Part shown: positions 8,359 through 18,385 of the stretch, piece by piece
Numbering within the stretch: position 1 is the first letter of the stretch
Layout of the letters: each line of letters opens with the position of its first letter
Virus record (IMG/VR): IMGVR_UViG_3300045988_022658
Coordinates: 1-31,632 of that record
Source of the DNA: a virus
Direction: 5' to 3' (one strand)
Length of the DNA: 31,632 nucleotides
Translations under genes and position numbers: made by a program
Notes under the pieces: generated by a model
Database searches by the model: none
Told to the model about the DNA's origin: nothing
What the model saw: the letters and a program-made list of their open reading frames with translations, nothing else

Positions 8359-8642
8359 TTCAGGGCAAGACGAAAACCGGATTTGAATACCAGCTGAACG
8401 ATAACGTCCTGAACAACATGGAGCTGGTGGACGCTATTGCGGAGCTTGATGAGCGGGGAAGTCTGTTTGCCCTGAGCAAGCTCTGCATCCTCCTGCTGGG
8501 AGAAGCACAGCGGAAACAGCTGTATGACCATCTCCGCGCCGAGGACGGCAGAGTCCCGAACAGCGATGTGGAGCGGGAGGTTGTGGAAATCCTGCGGGGC
8601 TGTGGTAAAGCAGGAAAAAACTCTGTACCCTCGCCGGAATGA
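8355..8642 (+). CDS. Tail assembly chaperone (G-like, zero-frame product)
   Basis: 95 aa between the major tail and tape measure genes, with RBS GGAGGT. Confidence 0.75.
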   Translation: MIQGKTKTGFEYQLNDNVLNNMELVDAIAELDERGSLFALSKLCILLLGEAQRKQLYDHLRAEDGRVPNSDVEREVVEILRGCGKAGKNSVPSPE

Positions 8643-9007
8643 TTGCCACCGACCAGGACGCTCTGATTTGTGACCTGGCTGAAACATATGGAATCTACGA
8701 TATGCAAGCACTGCCGGTTTCCACCCTGGCAGTGCTTGCTTCCGGTTTGAGGGACGATAGCCGCATTAAAATGAAGATGTCCGGCGTGAAAACCGATCAG
8801 GAGACGCTGCTGCTGGCAATGGCAGTGGACAACCTGCGGTTTTTGAGCTGGACAAAAACCGTGGCAGCACAGGACGGCAAGGATCGTCCGAAATCCATTG
8901 CCCGTGTGCTGCTGGGACAGGTGGAAGAAAAGCCCCAAAACGTTGCATACGGGAGTGGGGAAGAATTTGACGCTGCTTGGAAGCGTCTGACCGGAGGTGA
9001 GGCGTAA
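8355..9007 (+). CDS. Tail assembly chaperone GT-like fusion produced by a -1 frameshift at 8615-8621
   Basis: The -1 frame is open from the slippery site (ctc tgt acc ctc gcc gga atg...) into ORF 8639..9007, which has no convincing RBS of its own. Confidence 0.65.
8615..8621 (+). promoter_or_regulatory. Slippery heptamer A_AAA_AAC (programmed -1 frameshift site)
   Basis: Zero-frame codons are gga aaa aac, an X_XXY_YYZ pattern, 7 codons before the G stop codon. Confidence 0.65.
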
Positions 9008-12000
9008 TGGCAGGGACCAGCATTGCAAAGGCATATGTGCAGATCGTTCCGTCCGCCGAGGGAATTAAGGGCAAGCTGACCGACACGTTAAACGGTGAGG
9101 CTCAGATCGCAGGAAAGGTTGCCGGTGGAACTCTGAATACAACGCTGGGCAAGACGTTGACGGCAGGGGTGGCCGCAGGCACTGTCATAAGCAAGGTTAC
9201 GGGAGCTCTGTATTCCGCAGCAGGCAAGACTGCGAAAGCTGTGTACGAAGTCGGCAAGGCTGCTGTTTCCAGCTATGCCGACTGTGAGCAGTTTGTGGGC
9301 GGCGTGGAGACGCTTTTTAAGAGCAGCGCCCCCATTGTAGAGAGATACGCCAAAAATGCTTACAAGACCGCAGGGCTGTCTGCCAACGACTACATGGAGA
9401 CAGTTACCTCATTTTCCGCATCTCTGCTCAAAAGCCTTGGCAACGATACCGCAAAAGCCGCCGATAAGGCAGATATGGCAATTACCGATATGGCGGACAA
9501 TGCCAACAAAATGGGCACATCCATGGAGGCAATCCAGTATGCGTATCAGGGATTCGCCAAGCAGAACTATACGATGCTGGACAACCTTAAGATTGGCTAT
9601 GGCGGTACAAAGAGCGAAATGGAGCGTCTGCTCAAAGATGCAGAGGCCCTGAAGGCGAAACAGGGTGAGGTTGCCCATTACAGCATTGACAGCTATGCTG
9701 ATATTGTTGACGCGATCCATGTTGTGCAAACTGAGATGGGCATCACCGGCACTACGGCGCTGGAATCAGCGGAAACGATTTCCGGCAGTATGTCGAGTGC
9801 AAAAGCAGCTATTGATAACCTCCTGGTCGGCATGGTTGACACAGATCAAGACATTATCGCTCTGGGAGAACAGACAGCTAGCGCAGTGGCTACGGCATTT
9901 GAAAACGTTGCTCCGGCGATTGCTAATTTTATGACGGTTGGCGTCCGGGCGATTTCTGACGCAGTTGACCCAGCGAATAAAGTTTCCCGGGCAATTGGTG
10001 AGATTGAGGAAGCTCAGGAGCGGGTAACCAGCTCCAGCAATATCCTTGATCTTGTTGGACGCTACAAATCTTTGCAGGAACAAGCAGAGCGCTCTGGTGT
10101 GTCTTCCGGCGAACTGGCGGATATTGAAAAAGAACTGACCTCCGTGCGGAACCAACTGGCAACGGCAACCGGTAACGCGAAGATTGCGCAGTCCGAATCC
10201 AACGATGAGCTGGCTGATGCAGTAGAATACGAGGAAGCGCTTGCACAGAGTGAAAAAGAGCGTGCGCAAATGCAGCTCTATGAGGACGTGGCAAGGGGTG
10301 CAGCTGCGTATGGTGAGGCTCTGCACGAGCTGTATGTTACCAGTGGAGAGCTGGCGGACGCCGAAAAACAGTATGCCGACGTCACTGCGGATAAGACCAA
10401 GAATGCAGCACAGGAATACTCCAAGCTCTCCAGTGCGATAGACGATCTGTCCGACGGCTTCTTTGACGGCGAAATATCCGCTGAAGAGATGCATGTCAAG
10501 CTAGGCGAGATTGCAGATAGCGTGTATAGCCTGACCGGTGAGAAGGTGGAATTCAAGGACATTCTGGCTGGTCAGGACTATATCGACAAGCTGAGTCTCA
10601 CGTTTGACGACTTGACAGACCGCACGATTACCACATACGAAGAGTTGGATGAGCTTCGCACCCGGCAGGACGATTTAACGGAATCTACAGAGGCGTACCA
10701 GAGAAAAGTTGCAAGTCTCGTGGACAATGGTCTGCTTACAGCTGATGAGGCGGCTGGCTATCTTGGCATAACTGTAGATGAGCTAAAAGATGTGTTGGAT
10801 GCCGCTGCCGCTGCCTCGGACGATGCGGCTGCTTCCGCTGATGGCGTTGCAGATGCAATGACGGAAGAAGAAGCCGCTGCTCAAGAGCTGAGGAAATCTC
10901 TGGCTGATATCGGTACCGAGGCGTACAATGCGCTCAGTTCCGGCGAGGACTTGCGGGCGAAGTATGAGGAATTGACAGGGCAACTGGAAAACCTTGATGG
11001 TGAGCTGGACCAGAACACTTTGGACATGGTCAATACTGCGCTGGAAACTCTGAACCTTGCAGCCACCAATCAGGAGTTGACTAATAGTTATCCCGGATTT
11101 GTGACCGCGACTCAAAATGCCGGCGTCTCGCTGTCTAATCTATCTGCATGGCTGATTGACAACGAGATCACAGCAGAAGAATGGGGTTCCCGGGTGTCTG
11201 CGTCTGCGGATGGCATCGTCAATGATTTCGCCGAGCTTAACACCTCCACTGGGCAAAGTGTGTCCGAAATGAAAGCGGCGCTGGAGAGTAATATTGCAGC
11301 CTACACCAGCTGGAATAGCAATATAGCAAAACTCATGTCTGCCGCCGTTGCCAGCGGCGATCAGAGTAAGATTGCATTCGTGCAGTCTCTCCAGGATATG
11401 GGCATCGGCGCTGCCGACCAGGTGGCAGCCATGGCAGAGGACATTGACGGTACACTTGATGAGTTCGGTCCTCTTTTTGCTGACGCTACAGATCAGGGCA
11501 TGCTGGAAGTGAAGAACAGCATTGATAGCGGCACAGCGCCAGCGGAAGCCGCGGCAAAGTCCTCCATGAAGGATATCCAGGATGCAATGGAAAAGGTGAA
11601 CTTCAAGACCACTGGCAAAGAAGCTATTTCCGATGTCGCGTCTGGAATGTCCTCGAAAACAAGCACCGCAACAAACGCCGCAACAAATGTTGCAACCAGT
11701 GCAAAATCAGCTGCCGGGAGCGTGAGCTTTTACTCCGTCGGCTACAATATGGATTCCGGTATGTCCAGCGGTCTATATGGCGGGTCTAGCTTAGTGTCAA
11801 GCGCAGCCAGAAGCGTTGCAAAATCTGCGTATAATGCGGCAAAGGCTGCGCTGGGGATCCATTCCCCGTCCAGACTCTTTCGAGACGGCGTTGGCAAGAT
11901 GATCACCGAGGGTATTTCCACCGGTATGACCGCTCCGGATGCCATCCGGGGACTGAAAGCCGCATCGGAAGAAGTTACTGACTCGATATCTGAGAATTTT

Positions 12001-12255
12001 GCCGGTGACGCCGCCGATGTGTCCACTCAGTCTGTACTCTACGGTGCAGCCATGCGTGGAATCGTCGGCGGCGAACTGGCAGACGGCATTGCATCTCTGG
12101 AAGACAAGCTGGATCGTCTGATTGCTGTGCTTGCACGGATGGCCGGCGTTACCATCAACGTCAACGGCACGGACTACCAGAGCAAGATGGCGCTGGCGGA
12201 GGAGATTATGGACCTGATGCATCGAGATTGGACCCGTCAGGAGGCGGCAATATGA
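9007..12255 (+). CDS. Tape measure protein
   Basis: 1082 aa, Ala/Glu-rich and helical, located after the chaperone pair. RBS GGAGGTGA. Confidence 0.9.
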   Translation: MAGTSIAKAYVQIVPSAEGIKGKLTDTLNGEAQIAGKVAGGTLNTTLGKTLTAGVAAGTVISKVTGALYSAAGKTAKAVYEVGKAAVSSYADCEQFVGGVETLFKSSAPIVERYAKNAYKTAGLSANDYMETVTSFSASLLKSLGNDTAKAADKADMAITDMADNANKMGTSMEAIQYAYQGFAKQNYTMLDNLKIGYGGTKSEMERLLKDAEALKAKQGEVAHYSIDSYADIVDAIHVVQTEMGITGTTALESAETISGSMSSAKAAIDNLLVGMVDTDQDIIALGEQTASAVATAFENVAPAIANFMTVGVRAISDAVDPANKVSRAIGEIEEAQERVTSSSNILDLVGRYKSLQEQAERSGVSSGELADIEKELTSVRNQLATATGNAKIAQSESNDELADAVEYEEALAQSEKERAQMQLYEDVARGAAAYGEALHELYVTSGELADAEKQYADVTADKTKNAAQEYSKLSSAIDDLSDGFFDGEISAEEMHVKLGEIADSVYSLTGEKVEFKDILAGQDYIDKLSLTFDDLTDRTITTYEELDELRTRQDDLTESTEAYQRKVASLVDNGLLTADEAAGYLGITVDELKDVLDAAAAASDDAAASADGVADAMTEEEAAAQELRKSLADIGTEAYNALSSGEDLRAKYEELTGQLENLDGELDQNTLDMVNTALETLNLAATNQELTNSYPGFVTATQNAGVSLSNLSAWLIDNEITAEEWGSRVSASADGIVNDFAELNTSTGQSVSEMKAALESNIAAYTSWNSNIAKLMSAAVASGDQSKIAFVQSLQDMGIGAADQVAAMAEDIDGTLDEFGPLFADATDQGMLEVKNSIDSGTAPAEAAAKSSMKDIQDAMEKVNFKTTGKEAISDVASGMSSKTSTATNAATNVATSAKSAAGSVSFYSVGYNMDSGMSSGLYGGSSLVSSAARSVAKSAYNAAKAALGIHSPSRLFRDGVGKMITEGISTGMTAPDAIRGLKAASEEVTDSISENFAGDAADVSTQSVLYGAAMRGIVGGELADGIASLEDKLDRLIAVLARMAGVTINVNGTDYQSKMALAEEIMDLMHRDWTRQEAAI

Positions 12256-12986
12256 AAAATCAGAGGACACAGTATTTTTGCTTTGACGGGGTGGACAGCC
12301 GGGATTACGGCATCTATCTCAGCAGCGCAATTAAGATCGGGGGTGCGCAGCCCCGCGTTAAGAAGATCTCTATTCCAGGTCGGAGTGGAGATCTTCTCCG
12401 TTATGACGGCAGCTTTTCCAATGTGGAATTCAGCGCCCAGTGCTTTGTGGAGGGGGACCATGCAGCGGATGCCATTGCGGCAATTGCGCAATGGACTCTT
12501 GGACAGCATGGGTACCGCAAACTGGAATTCCCTTGGGAAGACGGGTACCGGATGGCGTATGTCACCGGCGGTCCCGGCACGGAGTGCCTGTCTAAGGGCG
12601 TGAGAGCCTTCGCGTTGGATTTTTCCTGCGCCCCTCAGGTATGGACCTATGCCGGTCAGCAGGCCGTCCAGATCGCCAACGGTGACACTCTGTACAACGA
12701 TTGGATGGAAGCAAAGCCTCTGATCACTCTGTACGGTCCCGGCGGAGAGTCCAAGGCAATCGGGACGCTCACCGTTGGGGATGTTCCCATGGAAATCACT
12801 GTCCGCGATTTTATCACGCTGGATTGTGAGACACAGGATGCATACAGAGGGCTCGCCAACGCTAACAGCTTGATCTCGGCATCGCAATTCCCAACCCTGC
12901 CGCATGGAAAGAGCGTGATCTCCTGGACCATGAGCAGCGGGAGCTTCAGCAAAGTAGAAATCGTTCCAAGGTGGTGGCATCTATGA
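12252..12986 (+). CDS. Distal tail protein (Dit)
   Basis: ATGA overlap with the tape-measure stop. About 244 aa. N-terminal text FCFDGVDSRDYGIYL is typical of siphovirus tail-family proteins. Confidence 0.75.
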   Translation: MKNQRTQYFCFDGVDSRDYGIYLSSAIKIGGAQPRVKKISIPGRSGDLLRYDGSFSNVEFSAQCFVEGDHAADAIAAIAQWTLGQHGYRKLEFPWEDGYRMAYVTGGPGTECLSKGVRAFALDFSCAPQVWTYAGQQAVQIANGDTLYNDWMEAKPLITLYGPGGESKAIGTLTVGDVPMEITVRDFITLDCETQDAYRGLANANSLISASQFPTLPHGKSVISWTMSSGSFSKVEIVPRWWHL

Positions 12987-14077
12987 AGCCAATTCTGTAC
13001 AGCTCAACTGAAAAAGCGTTCGATTCGAACGGGCTGGGGATCCTCAATGATGCAATATCCTGTACCGTAACGCAGGAGCGCAACGGCATGTATGAGCTGG
13101 AAATGGAGTATCCCGTTGGGGGAATCCACTATGAGACTCTGGCCCCGTTGTATATCATTATGGCAAGGACGGACACGATGACGTGGCGCCCACAGCCATT
13201 CCGGATCTATGAGATCACGAAGCCGCTGAACGGAAATATCACGGTATACGCCCGGCACCTCGCCTATGATCTCATGGGCATTCCGGTGAGCCCGTTCACC
13301 GCCAACACGGCGGCAGCGGCGCTGGAAGGGCTTACGCAAAATGCCATAATCACATGCCCGTTCACGTTCTGGACGAATAAAACCACGGAGGCAACCATGA
13401 CGGTGGAGGCTCCAACATCCATTTGGGATTTGCTCAAGGGCAACGCCGGAGGAATCCTGGATGTATACGCCGGCGAGTATGAATTTGACTGGTGGTCGGT
13501 GGGGCTCTGGAAGCAGCGCGGAGAAGATATGGACGTGACGATCCGATACGGAGTTAATCTGACGGACCTGAAACAGGAGGCCTCTACTGACAACTGGTGC
13601 ACCACCGTCTACCCCTACTGGAGAGGAGAGGACGGTACGCTGGTGACCGGCGGTCTGTGTCGCACCTCGGAGTTTTACCCGTTTGAGCAGGTCCGCGTGA
13701 TTGATTACTCCGACGCATGGGAAACCGCGCCGACCGCGGATCAACTGAGTGCAAGAGCATTAAATTACCTCAACAACCAGAAGCTCGCGGAGCCAACCGT
13801 GAATATCACGGTTGATTTTGCGAGCATCGAAGCTGATGCGCTATTCGGCACAAGCATCCGGCAGATGTTCCGGATCTGCGATACGATCAAGATTGTCTTC
13901 GATCAGCTTGGAATCAGCACCACTGCAACTGTGATCAAAACGAAATATGATGCGCTTACAGAGCGATATACCAGCGTTGAAATCGGATCGAAGAAACAAA
14001 GCCTCATGGATCTGATCGTATCGTCTACAGGCTCCAAATACCAGTGGGGCTCCATGACCAACAATTCATTCGCGTGA
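12983..14077 (+). CDS. Tail-associated protein (Tal / prophage tail endopeptidase-like)
   Basis: ATGA overlap with Dit. N-terminal text MKPILYSSTEKAFDSNGLGILNDAISCTVTQERNGMYELEMEYP matches the conserved Tal N-terminus. Confidence 0.75.
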   Translation: MKPILYSSTEKAFDSNGLGILNDAISCTVTQERNGMYELEMEYPVGGIHYETLAPLYIIMARTDTMTWRPQPFRIYEITKPLNGNITVYARHLAYDLMGIPVSPFTANTAAAALEGLTQNAIITCPFTFWTNKTTEATMTVEAPTSIWDLLKGNAGGILDVYAGEYEFDWWSVGLWKQRGEDMDVTIRYGVNLTDLKQEASTDNWCTTVYPYWRGEDGTLVTGGLCRTSEFYPFEQVRVIDYSDAWETAPTADQLSARALNYLNNQKLAEPTVNITVDFASIEADALFGTSIRQMFRICDTIKIVFDQLGISTTATVIKTKYDALTERYTSVEIGSKKQSLMDLIVSSTGSKYQWGSMTNNSFA

Positions 14078-14088
14078 GGAGGCTATTC

Positions 14089-14901
14089 ATGATTACCCAA
14101 TCCTACACCCTATCCCTTCAGCCCGGCGGCATTCCCGTCCGGGTCCCCTGCGTCCAGGGGGACATCCAAAGCCGCACCCTCCAGTTCCAGCTGACCTCCT
14201 CCGGCGCTGCGCCCGATCTTCCCGCAGGAGCCGGTGTCACTTTGGAGGGCACCAAGCCCGACGGCAGGAGCTTTTCCGTTGCCGGAACCCTGTCCGACGA
14301 TGTGGCGGAGATCACCCTCACCGCCCAGATGACCGCCGTTGCCGGTGAGATTCCCTGCCGCCTGAACATCACCAGCGGCTCCAAGGTCCTGGGCACCGGG
14401 CAGCTGCTGCTGGAGGTTGCTCCCTCGGCGCTGCCGGTAAGTCCCGACCTGTCCGACAGCGATATCAGCCTCTTGACCCAAATCAAGAACACCGTCAATC
14501 AGCTCTCTGCCAGTATTTCCACCGGCAGCTGGACCCCAACGCTGTCCGGAATGTCCTCGTATAGCTACCAAAGAGGACGGTATGTCAAAATTGGAGACGT
14601 TGCGATTGTCTCTTTCAGCGTCTGGGGCATTATGGCAGGCAGCAACACGGAGCAAATTAAAATTTCCGGCTGCCCGCTGATACCCGCCGATGGCGGGTAT
14701 TCCGGCGGCGGCTCTCTATCCGGCTATTACACGGGGAACGACACCATCTTTACTAGCTGGGCGGCTTCCACGGATGGCAGCTTTTATGCATACGGTCAAA
14801 TACCCGGGAGCGGCAACAAGTGGCAGTCCAGTGACATCTTCCAGAAGACAGAGGGCGAGTGCGGCGGCGGCGGAACTATCATGTTCAAAACAAGCAGCTA
14901 A
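14089..14901 (+). CDS. Baseplate upper protein-like / tail fibre protein
   Basis: RBS GAGGAGG. N-terminal text VQGDIQSRTLQFQL...G..DL resembles BppU-type N-terminal domains. The C-terminal domain is Gly/Ser-rich. Confidence 0.6.
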   Translation: MITQSYTLSLQPGGIPVRVPCVQGDIQSRTLQFQLTSSGAAPDLPAGAGVTLEGTKPDGRSFSVAGTLSDDVAEITLTAQMTAVAGEIPCRLNITSGSKVLGTGQLLLEVAPSALPVSPDLSDSDISLLTQIKNTVNQLSASISTGSWTPTLSGMSSYSYQRGRYVKIGDVAIVSFSVWGIMAGSNTEQIKISGCPLIPADGGYSGGGSLSGYYTGNDTIFTSWAASTDGSFYAYGQIPGSGNKWQSSDIFQKTEGECGGGGTIMFKTSS

Positions 14902-14916
14902 GGAGAGAAAGCGATC

Positions 14917-15537
14917 ATGAAATACGAACTCTCAAACGGTGAGAATCGCGTTTACCAGTGGGACCGTGACATCACCATCACCATCACGGAGCCGGAGAAT
15001 GTGCCAGAGGTGCATTTTAAGTGGGGCGGTAAGGCGGTGCCATTTAAGGTTGAGAATCAGCAGGTGGCAATCCCGCCGGAGCTGATGCAGCTGCCCCACG
15101 ACATCGTGCTATGGGCATATACACCAAATCACACCCTGGATATGGCACGGATACAGATGGACACGCGCCCGAAACCGGCTGACTACGTCTACACGCCCAC
15201 GGAGATTAAGACGTGGGAAGCCTTAGACGAACGCATTAAGGCGTTGGAGGACGGCGGCGGAATCGCTGGTGTCTCCAGTGTCAACGGTCATACCGGCGCT
15301 GTAACCATCACAGCTGCGGGACTGGGGGCGCTGACCGAGGACGACCTACAGAGCGCGACCGACAAGGCGCTGGCGCAGGCAAAAGAGTCTGGCGCATTTG
15401 ATGGTGCGCGGGGACCTACGGGTCCCGCCGGAGTAACTCCCGTCAAAGGCACGGACTACTGGACTGCATCAGACAAGGCGGCAATCGTGCAGGATACGCT
15501 TGCAGCGCTGCCTACATGGACAGGGGGTAGTTACTGA
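14917..15537 (+). CDS. Tail fibre-associated protein with a short collagen-like stretch
   Basis: 206 aa, RBS AAGGAGAG. Contains GARGPTGPAGVTPVKG near the C-terminus. Confidence 0.55.
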   Translation: MKYELSNGENRVYQWDRDITITITEPENVPEVHFKWGGKAVPFKVENQQVAIPPELMQLPHDIVLWAYTPNHTLDMARIQMDTRPKPADYVYTPTEIKTWEALDERIKALEDGGGIAGVSSVNGHTGAVTITAAGLGALTEDDLQSATDKALAQAKESGAFDGARGPTGPAGVTPVKGTDYWTASDKAAIVQDTLAALPTWTGGSY

Positions 15538-16025
15538 TGGCAATTGACAAGGCTGTTGATTCTGGCGCACTTGATACTGCACTGACGTATACCGCAGATA
15601 GAATCCGTGCGAAGACCGGCGGAACAGACCAGATAGCATGGGACGCTGCGAAAGGTTTTGGGGATGCGGTGGACGGGATTCAGGCGGGCGTTGGACGCCT
15701 GACATTTACGCCAACAGAAAACACGCAGAGCGTGGAGGTACCATTTAACAAAACCTTCGACTCGTTTTATGTTGTGGCATATTGTAGCAATATCACGGGA
15801 AGCGGTGACGTGTCGAGAATAAAGCAATTTGCGGGTCAAAAACTCCCATTTAGCGGAGCATACAGCGGACGTATTGATGTTATAAACGCTGACGGTACAG
15901 CTGATTACTGGTCCCAGGCATTGACCACCATGACTGGGACTATAATCAAATTTGAAACGTCGAGAGCGTGCTACTTCGAAGCCGGAAAGACATACAACGC
16001 TGAAATTTTTGAGGTAACGGTATGA
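15537..16025 (+). CDS. Hypothetical tail/receptor-binding module protein
   Basis: 162 aa, TGATG coupling, visibly lower GC than the flanks. Confidence 0.5.
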   Translation: MAIDKAVDSGALDTALTYTADRIRAKTGGTDQIAWDAAKGFGDAVDGIQAGVGRLTFTPTENTQSVEVPFNKTFDSFYVVAYCSNITGSGDVSRIKQFAGQKLPFSGAYSGRIDVINADGTADYWSQALTTMTGTIIKFETSRACYFEAGKTYNAEIFEVTV

Positions 16026-16276
16026 AATACTACAAAAACATGGATAACGGTTATATCCAATGCCTAAGCACAGGGACAGGGCAAACTGAAATTACCAGGA
16101 CAGAGTATGAGCGAATTTTAAGCGTCTGCCAAAACAAGCCGACTGATACGGACGGATATTATTACAGACTGACTAATGATCTCCAATGGGAAAAGCAATC
16201 GAGAGCTCAAATTGTCCCAGACGATGAACTTTCCGCCGAAGACACCCTTAAGATCATCACAGGAGGTGTGGTATGA
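16022..16276 (+). CDS. Hypothetical protein
   Basis: 84 aa, ATGA coupling, RBS GAGGTAA. Confidence 0.5.
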   Translation: MKYYKNMDNGYIQCLSTGTGQTEITRTEYERILSVCQNKPTDTDGYYYRLTNDLQWEKQSRAQIVPDDELSAEDTLKIITGGVV

Positions 16277-16277
16277 C

Positions 16278-16694
16278 ATGACAGAGCAGCAGGCGCGGAA
16301 ATATCGTGCGATCATCGAAGCTGGGGCACAGGGACTGACTGACGCAGAAGCGCTTACCGTTAAAACGCTGTATCCGGCGTGGGCAGCAGGTCAGAGCTAC
16401 AAGGTGGGCTACAAAATCACCTGTAACGGTGAGCTGTATAAGGTGCTGCAAGCCCACACGTCGCAGGAGACGTGGAAGCCAGGAACGGGAACGGAAAGCT
16501 TGTATGCCCGGATCGATGAGCAGCATGACGGCACCCGTTATGATCCCATCCCCTACAATGGCAACATGGCGCTGGTAAGCGGAACGTATTACAGCCAGGG
16601 CGGCGTGATATACCGATGCACCAGAGATACCGGCAATCCGGTGTACAACGCGCTCAGTGAGCTGGTGGGGCTGTACGTTGAGGTAGCGGAGTAA
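16278..16694 (+). CDS. Carbohydrate-binding (CBM5/12-like) protein
   Basis: YPAWAAGQSYKVGYKITCNGELYKVLQAHTSQETWKPGTGTESLYARI fits the chitin-binding-type aromatic pattern. A second degenerate copy follows. Confidence 0.55.
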   Translation: MTEQQARKYRAIIEAGAQGLTDAEALTVKTLYPAWAAGQSYKVGYKITCNGELYKVLQAHTSQETWKPGTGTESLYARIDEQHDGTRYDPIPYNGNMALVSGTYYSQGGVIYRCTRDTGNPVYNALSELVGLYVEVAE

Positions 16695-16703
16695 GGAGGG
16701 CAA

Positions 16704-16976
16704 ATGGAAGCAATCATTATTGCGGTGATCCCGCCACTCATTACAGGGGTGCTGGCGCTGGTAGGTGTGGTTATTACCAGCCACAGCACGGCAAAAAAGA
16801 TGCAGGCAAATTTGGAGAAACATCAGGCGGTTACCGAAACGAAACTGGAGGAGCTGACCCGGGAGGTCCGAGAGCACAACGGTTTCGCACGGCGAATGCC
16901 TGTAGTGGAAGAAAAATTGAGCGTGGCAAACCATAGAATTAGTGACCTGGAGGAGGCAATGAAACATGATCGTTAA
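16704..16976 (+). CDS. Membrane-anchored coiled-coil protein (XhlA-like lysis accessory, tentative)
   Basis: N-terminal TM segment IIIAVIPPLITGVLALVGVVI followed by a coiled coil. Lies directly upstream of the holin. Confidence 0.5.
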   Translation: MEAIIIAVIPPLITGVLALVGVVITSHSTAKKMQANLEKHQAVTETKLEELTREVREHNGFARRMPVVEEKLSVANHRISDLEEAMKHDR

Positions 16977-17028
16977 AAACACCAACATGAATCTTGACGA
17001 AACTGTACTGTAAAAGGAGGACGCAGAT

Positions 17029-17298
17029 ATGGATTTTGGAATTGCTGGCGTTGCGGCTATTACCGTACTCGCCTATCTGATCGGGCAGGGCGTAAAAGCC
17101 ACTGGCATTGCGAATAAGTGGATCCCGGTTATTTGTGGTATTGTTGGACTGGCGCTGGGCATTGTGGCATTGTACATCATGCCAGATTTTCCAGCAGGTG
17201 ACCCCATTACCGCTGCTGCGATTGGCGCGGTTTCCGGTTTTGCCGCAACTGGCATCCACCAGGCTGCAAAACAGCAGAAGGAGGACAACAATGGCTAA
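17029..17298 (+). CDS. Holin
   Basis: 89 aa with multiple TM segments and a charged C-terminus (KQQKEDNNG). Overlaps the endolysin start. Confidence 0.75.
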   Translation: MDFGIAGVAAITVLAYLIGQGVKATGIANKWIPVICGIVGLALGIVALYIMPDFPAGDPITAAAIGAVSGFAATGIHQAAKQQKEDNNG

Positions 17299-18322
17299 AA
17301 TTATCGGCATTGACGTTTCCGAGCACAACGGCTCCATCAACTGGGAGGCGGTTAAAAAGGCGGGAGTAAGCTTCGCCTTTGTCCGCACGGGCTATGGAGT
17401 ATCCCATGTGGACAACTATTTCAAACGCAACATGGAGGGCGCTCTTGCCCAGGGCATCCCCGTGGGCATCTACCATTTTTCTTACGCCCTGAATGCTGCC
17501 GGGGCAAAAGCAGAAGCGGAATACGTCCTCAAGCTGATCCAGCCGTACAAGGACAAGATCACCCTCCCGGTGTTCTACGATTTTGAGTATGACACCGTCT
17601 CCTACGCCAAAAAGCAGGGTGTCACTCTGGGCAAGGAAGCGTTTAACGCCCATACTGTGGCATTCTGTGAGACGATCAAGGCGGCTGGCTATACGCCCGG
17701 TACATACTACAACCTGGACTATCTGCGCCGGTATGTGGACATTAACCGGGTGGGTGGATACGTCCAGTGGTATGCGCAGTATGCCAGCACAGCGTCTGCG
17801 GCTGGCTGGGCAATCTGGCAGTACAGCAGTTCCTACACCATCCCCGGATGCTCTGGGCGGTTTGACGTCAATGTGCTGGCGGATGCAAGCCTGCTGACTG
17901 GCAGCACCGGCAAATACACCATCGGCTGGCACCGGGACTCCAAGGGCTGGTGGTACGCCAACAGCACCACTACCTACTATAAAGAGCAGTGGGCAAAGAT
18001 CAATGATAAGTGGTATTACTTTGGCAAGGAGGGCTACGTGATGGAAAACGCGTGGAAGGTTGAGGCAGGCGGCGATACCTACTATCTGGGCGCTGATGGT
18101 GATATGCAGACCAGTATGGTTGTTGGGCTTGGCAGTGATGGCAAGCTACAGCCGATTGAGCGGTATTATCACCTGATCTCCGAGCTGCCGGATTATTACC
18201 GCGCGGAAATCGACCCGCTGATTGCAGCCGGGACCCTGAAGGGCAAAGCCGGCGAAGGGGAGAATCTGGTGCTGGACCTCAGTGAAAGCGCCCTGCGGGC
18301 GATTATTATTTGTAATCGGTAA
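17291..18322 (+). CDS. Endolysin: GH25 muramidase with cell-wall-binding repeats
   Basis: MAKIIGIDVSEHNGSINWEAVKKAGVSFAFVRTGYG is a GH25 signature. The C-terminal GWWY...WYYFGKEGYV...TYYLGADGDM repeats resemble choline/cell-wall-binding repeats. Confidence 0.9.
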   Translation: MAKIIGIDVSEHNGSINWEAVKKAGVSFAFVRTGYGVSHVDNYFKRNMEGALAQGIPVGIYHFSYALNAAGAKAEAEYVLKLIQPYKDKITLPVFYDFEYDTVSYAKKQGVTLGKEAFNAHTVAFCETIKAAGYTPGTYYNLDYLRRYVDINRVGGYVQWYAQYASTASAAGWAIWQYSSSYTIPGCSGRFDVNVLADASLLTGSTGKYTIGWHRDSKGWWYANSTTTYYKEQWAKINDKWYYFGKEGYVMENAWKVEAGGDTYYLGADGDMQTSMVVGLGSDGKLQPIERYYHLISELPDYYRAEIDPLIAAGTLKGKAGEGENLVLDLSESALRAIIICNR

Positions 18323-18353
18323 GTAACAGGCAGCCCTTTCACCCGAAGGCGGC

Positions 18354-18373
18354 TGTTGTCATATTTGTTGTCA
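18354..18373 (+). repeat. Two direct copies of TGTTGTCA (18354-18361, 18366-18373); candidate integrase arm-type sites (left arm)
   Basis: The exact octamer occurs twice here and twice again at 18576-18594, flanking the tRNA-like core. Confidence 0.45.
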
Positions 18374-18385
18374 AAATTCCCGGGC

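Noticed and set aside
15403-15440. Collagen-like G-X-Y run as a repeat feature
   Set aside because: It has only about four triplets and is part of a normal tail-fibre protein, so it is not a DNA-level repeat of note.
8360-17932. Other long minus-strand ORFs inside the tail and lysis genes (8360-9034, 9766-10494, 12237-12980, 13004-13744, 16257-16988, 17207-17932)
   Set aside because: All are antisense to coupled + strand genes with recognisable products. They lack SD sequences and have skewed, low-complexity composition.
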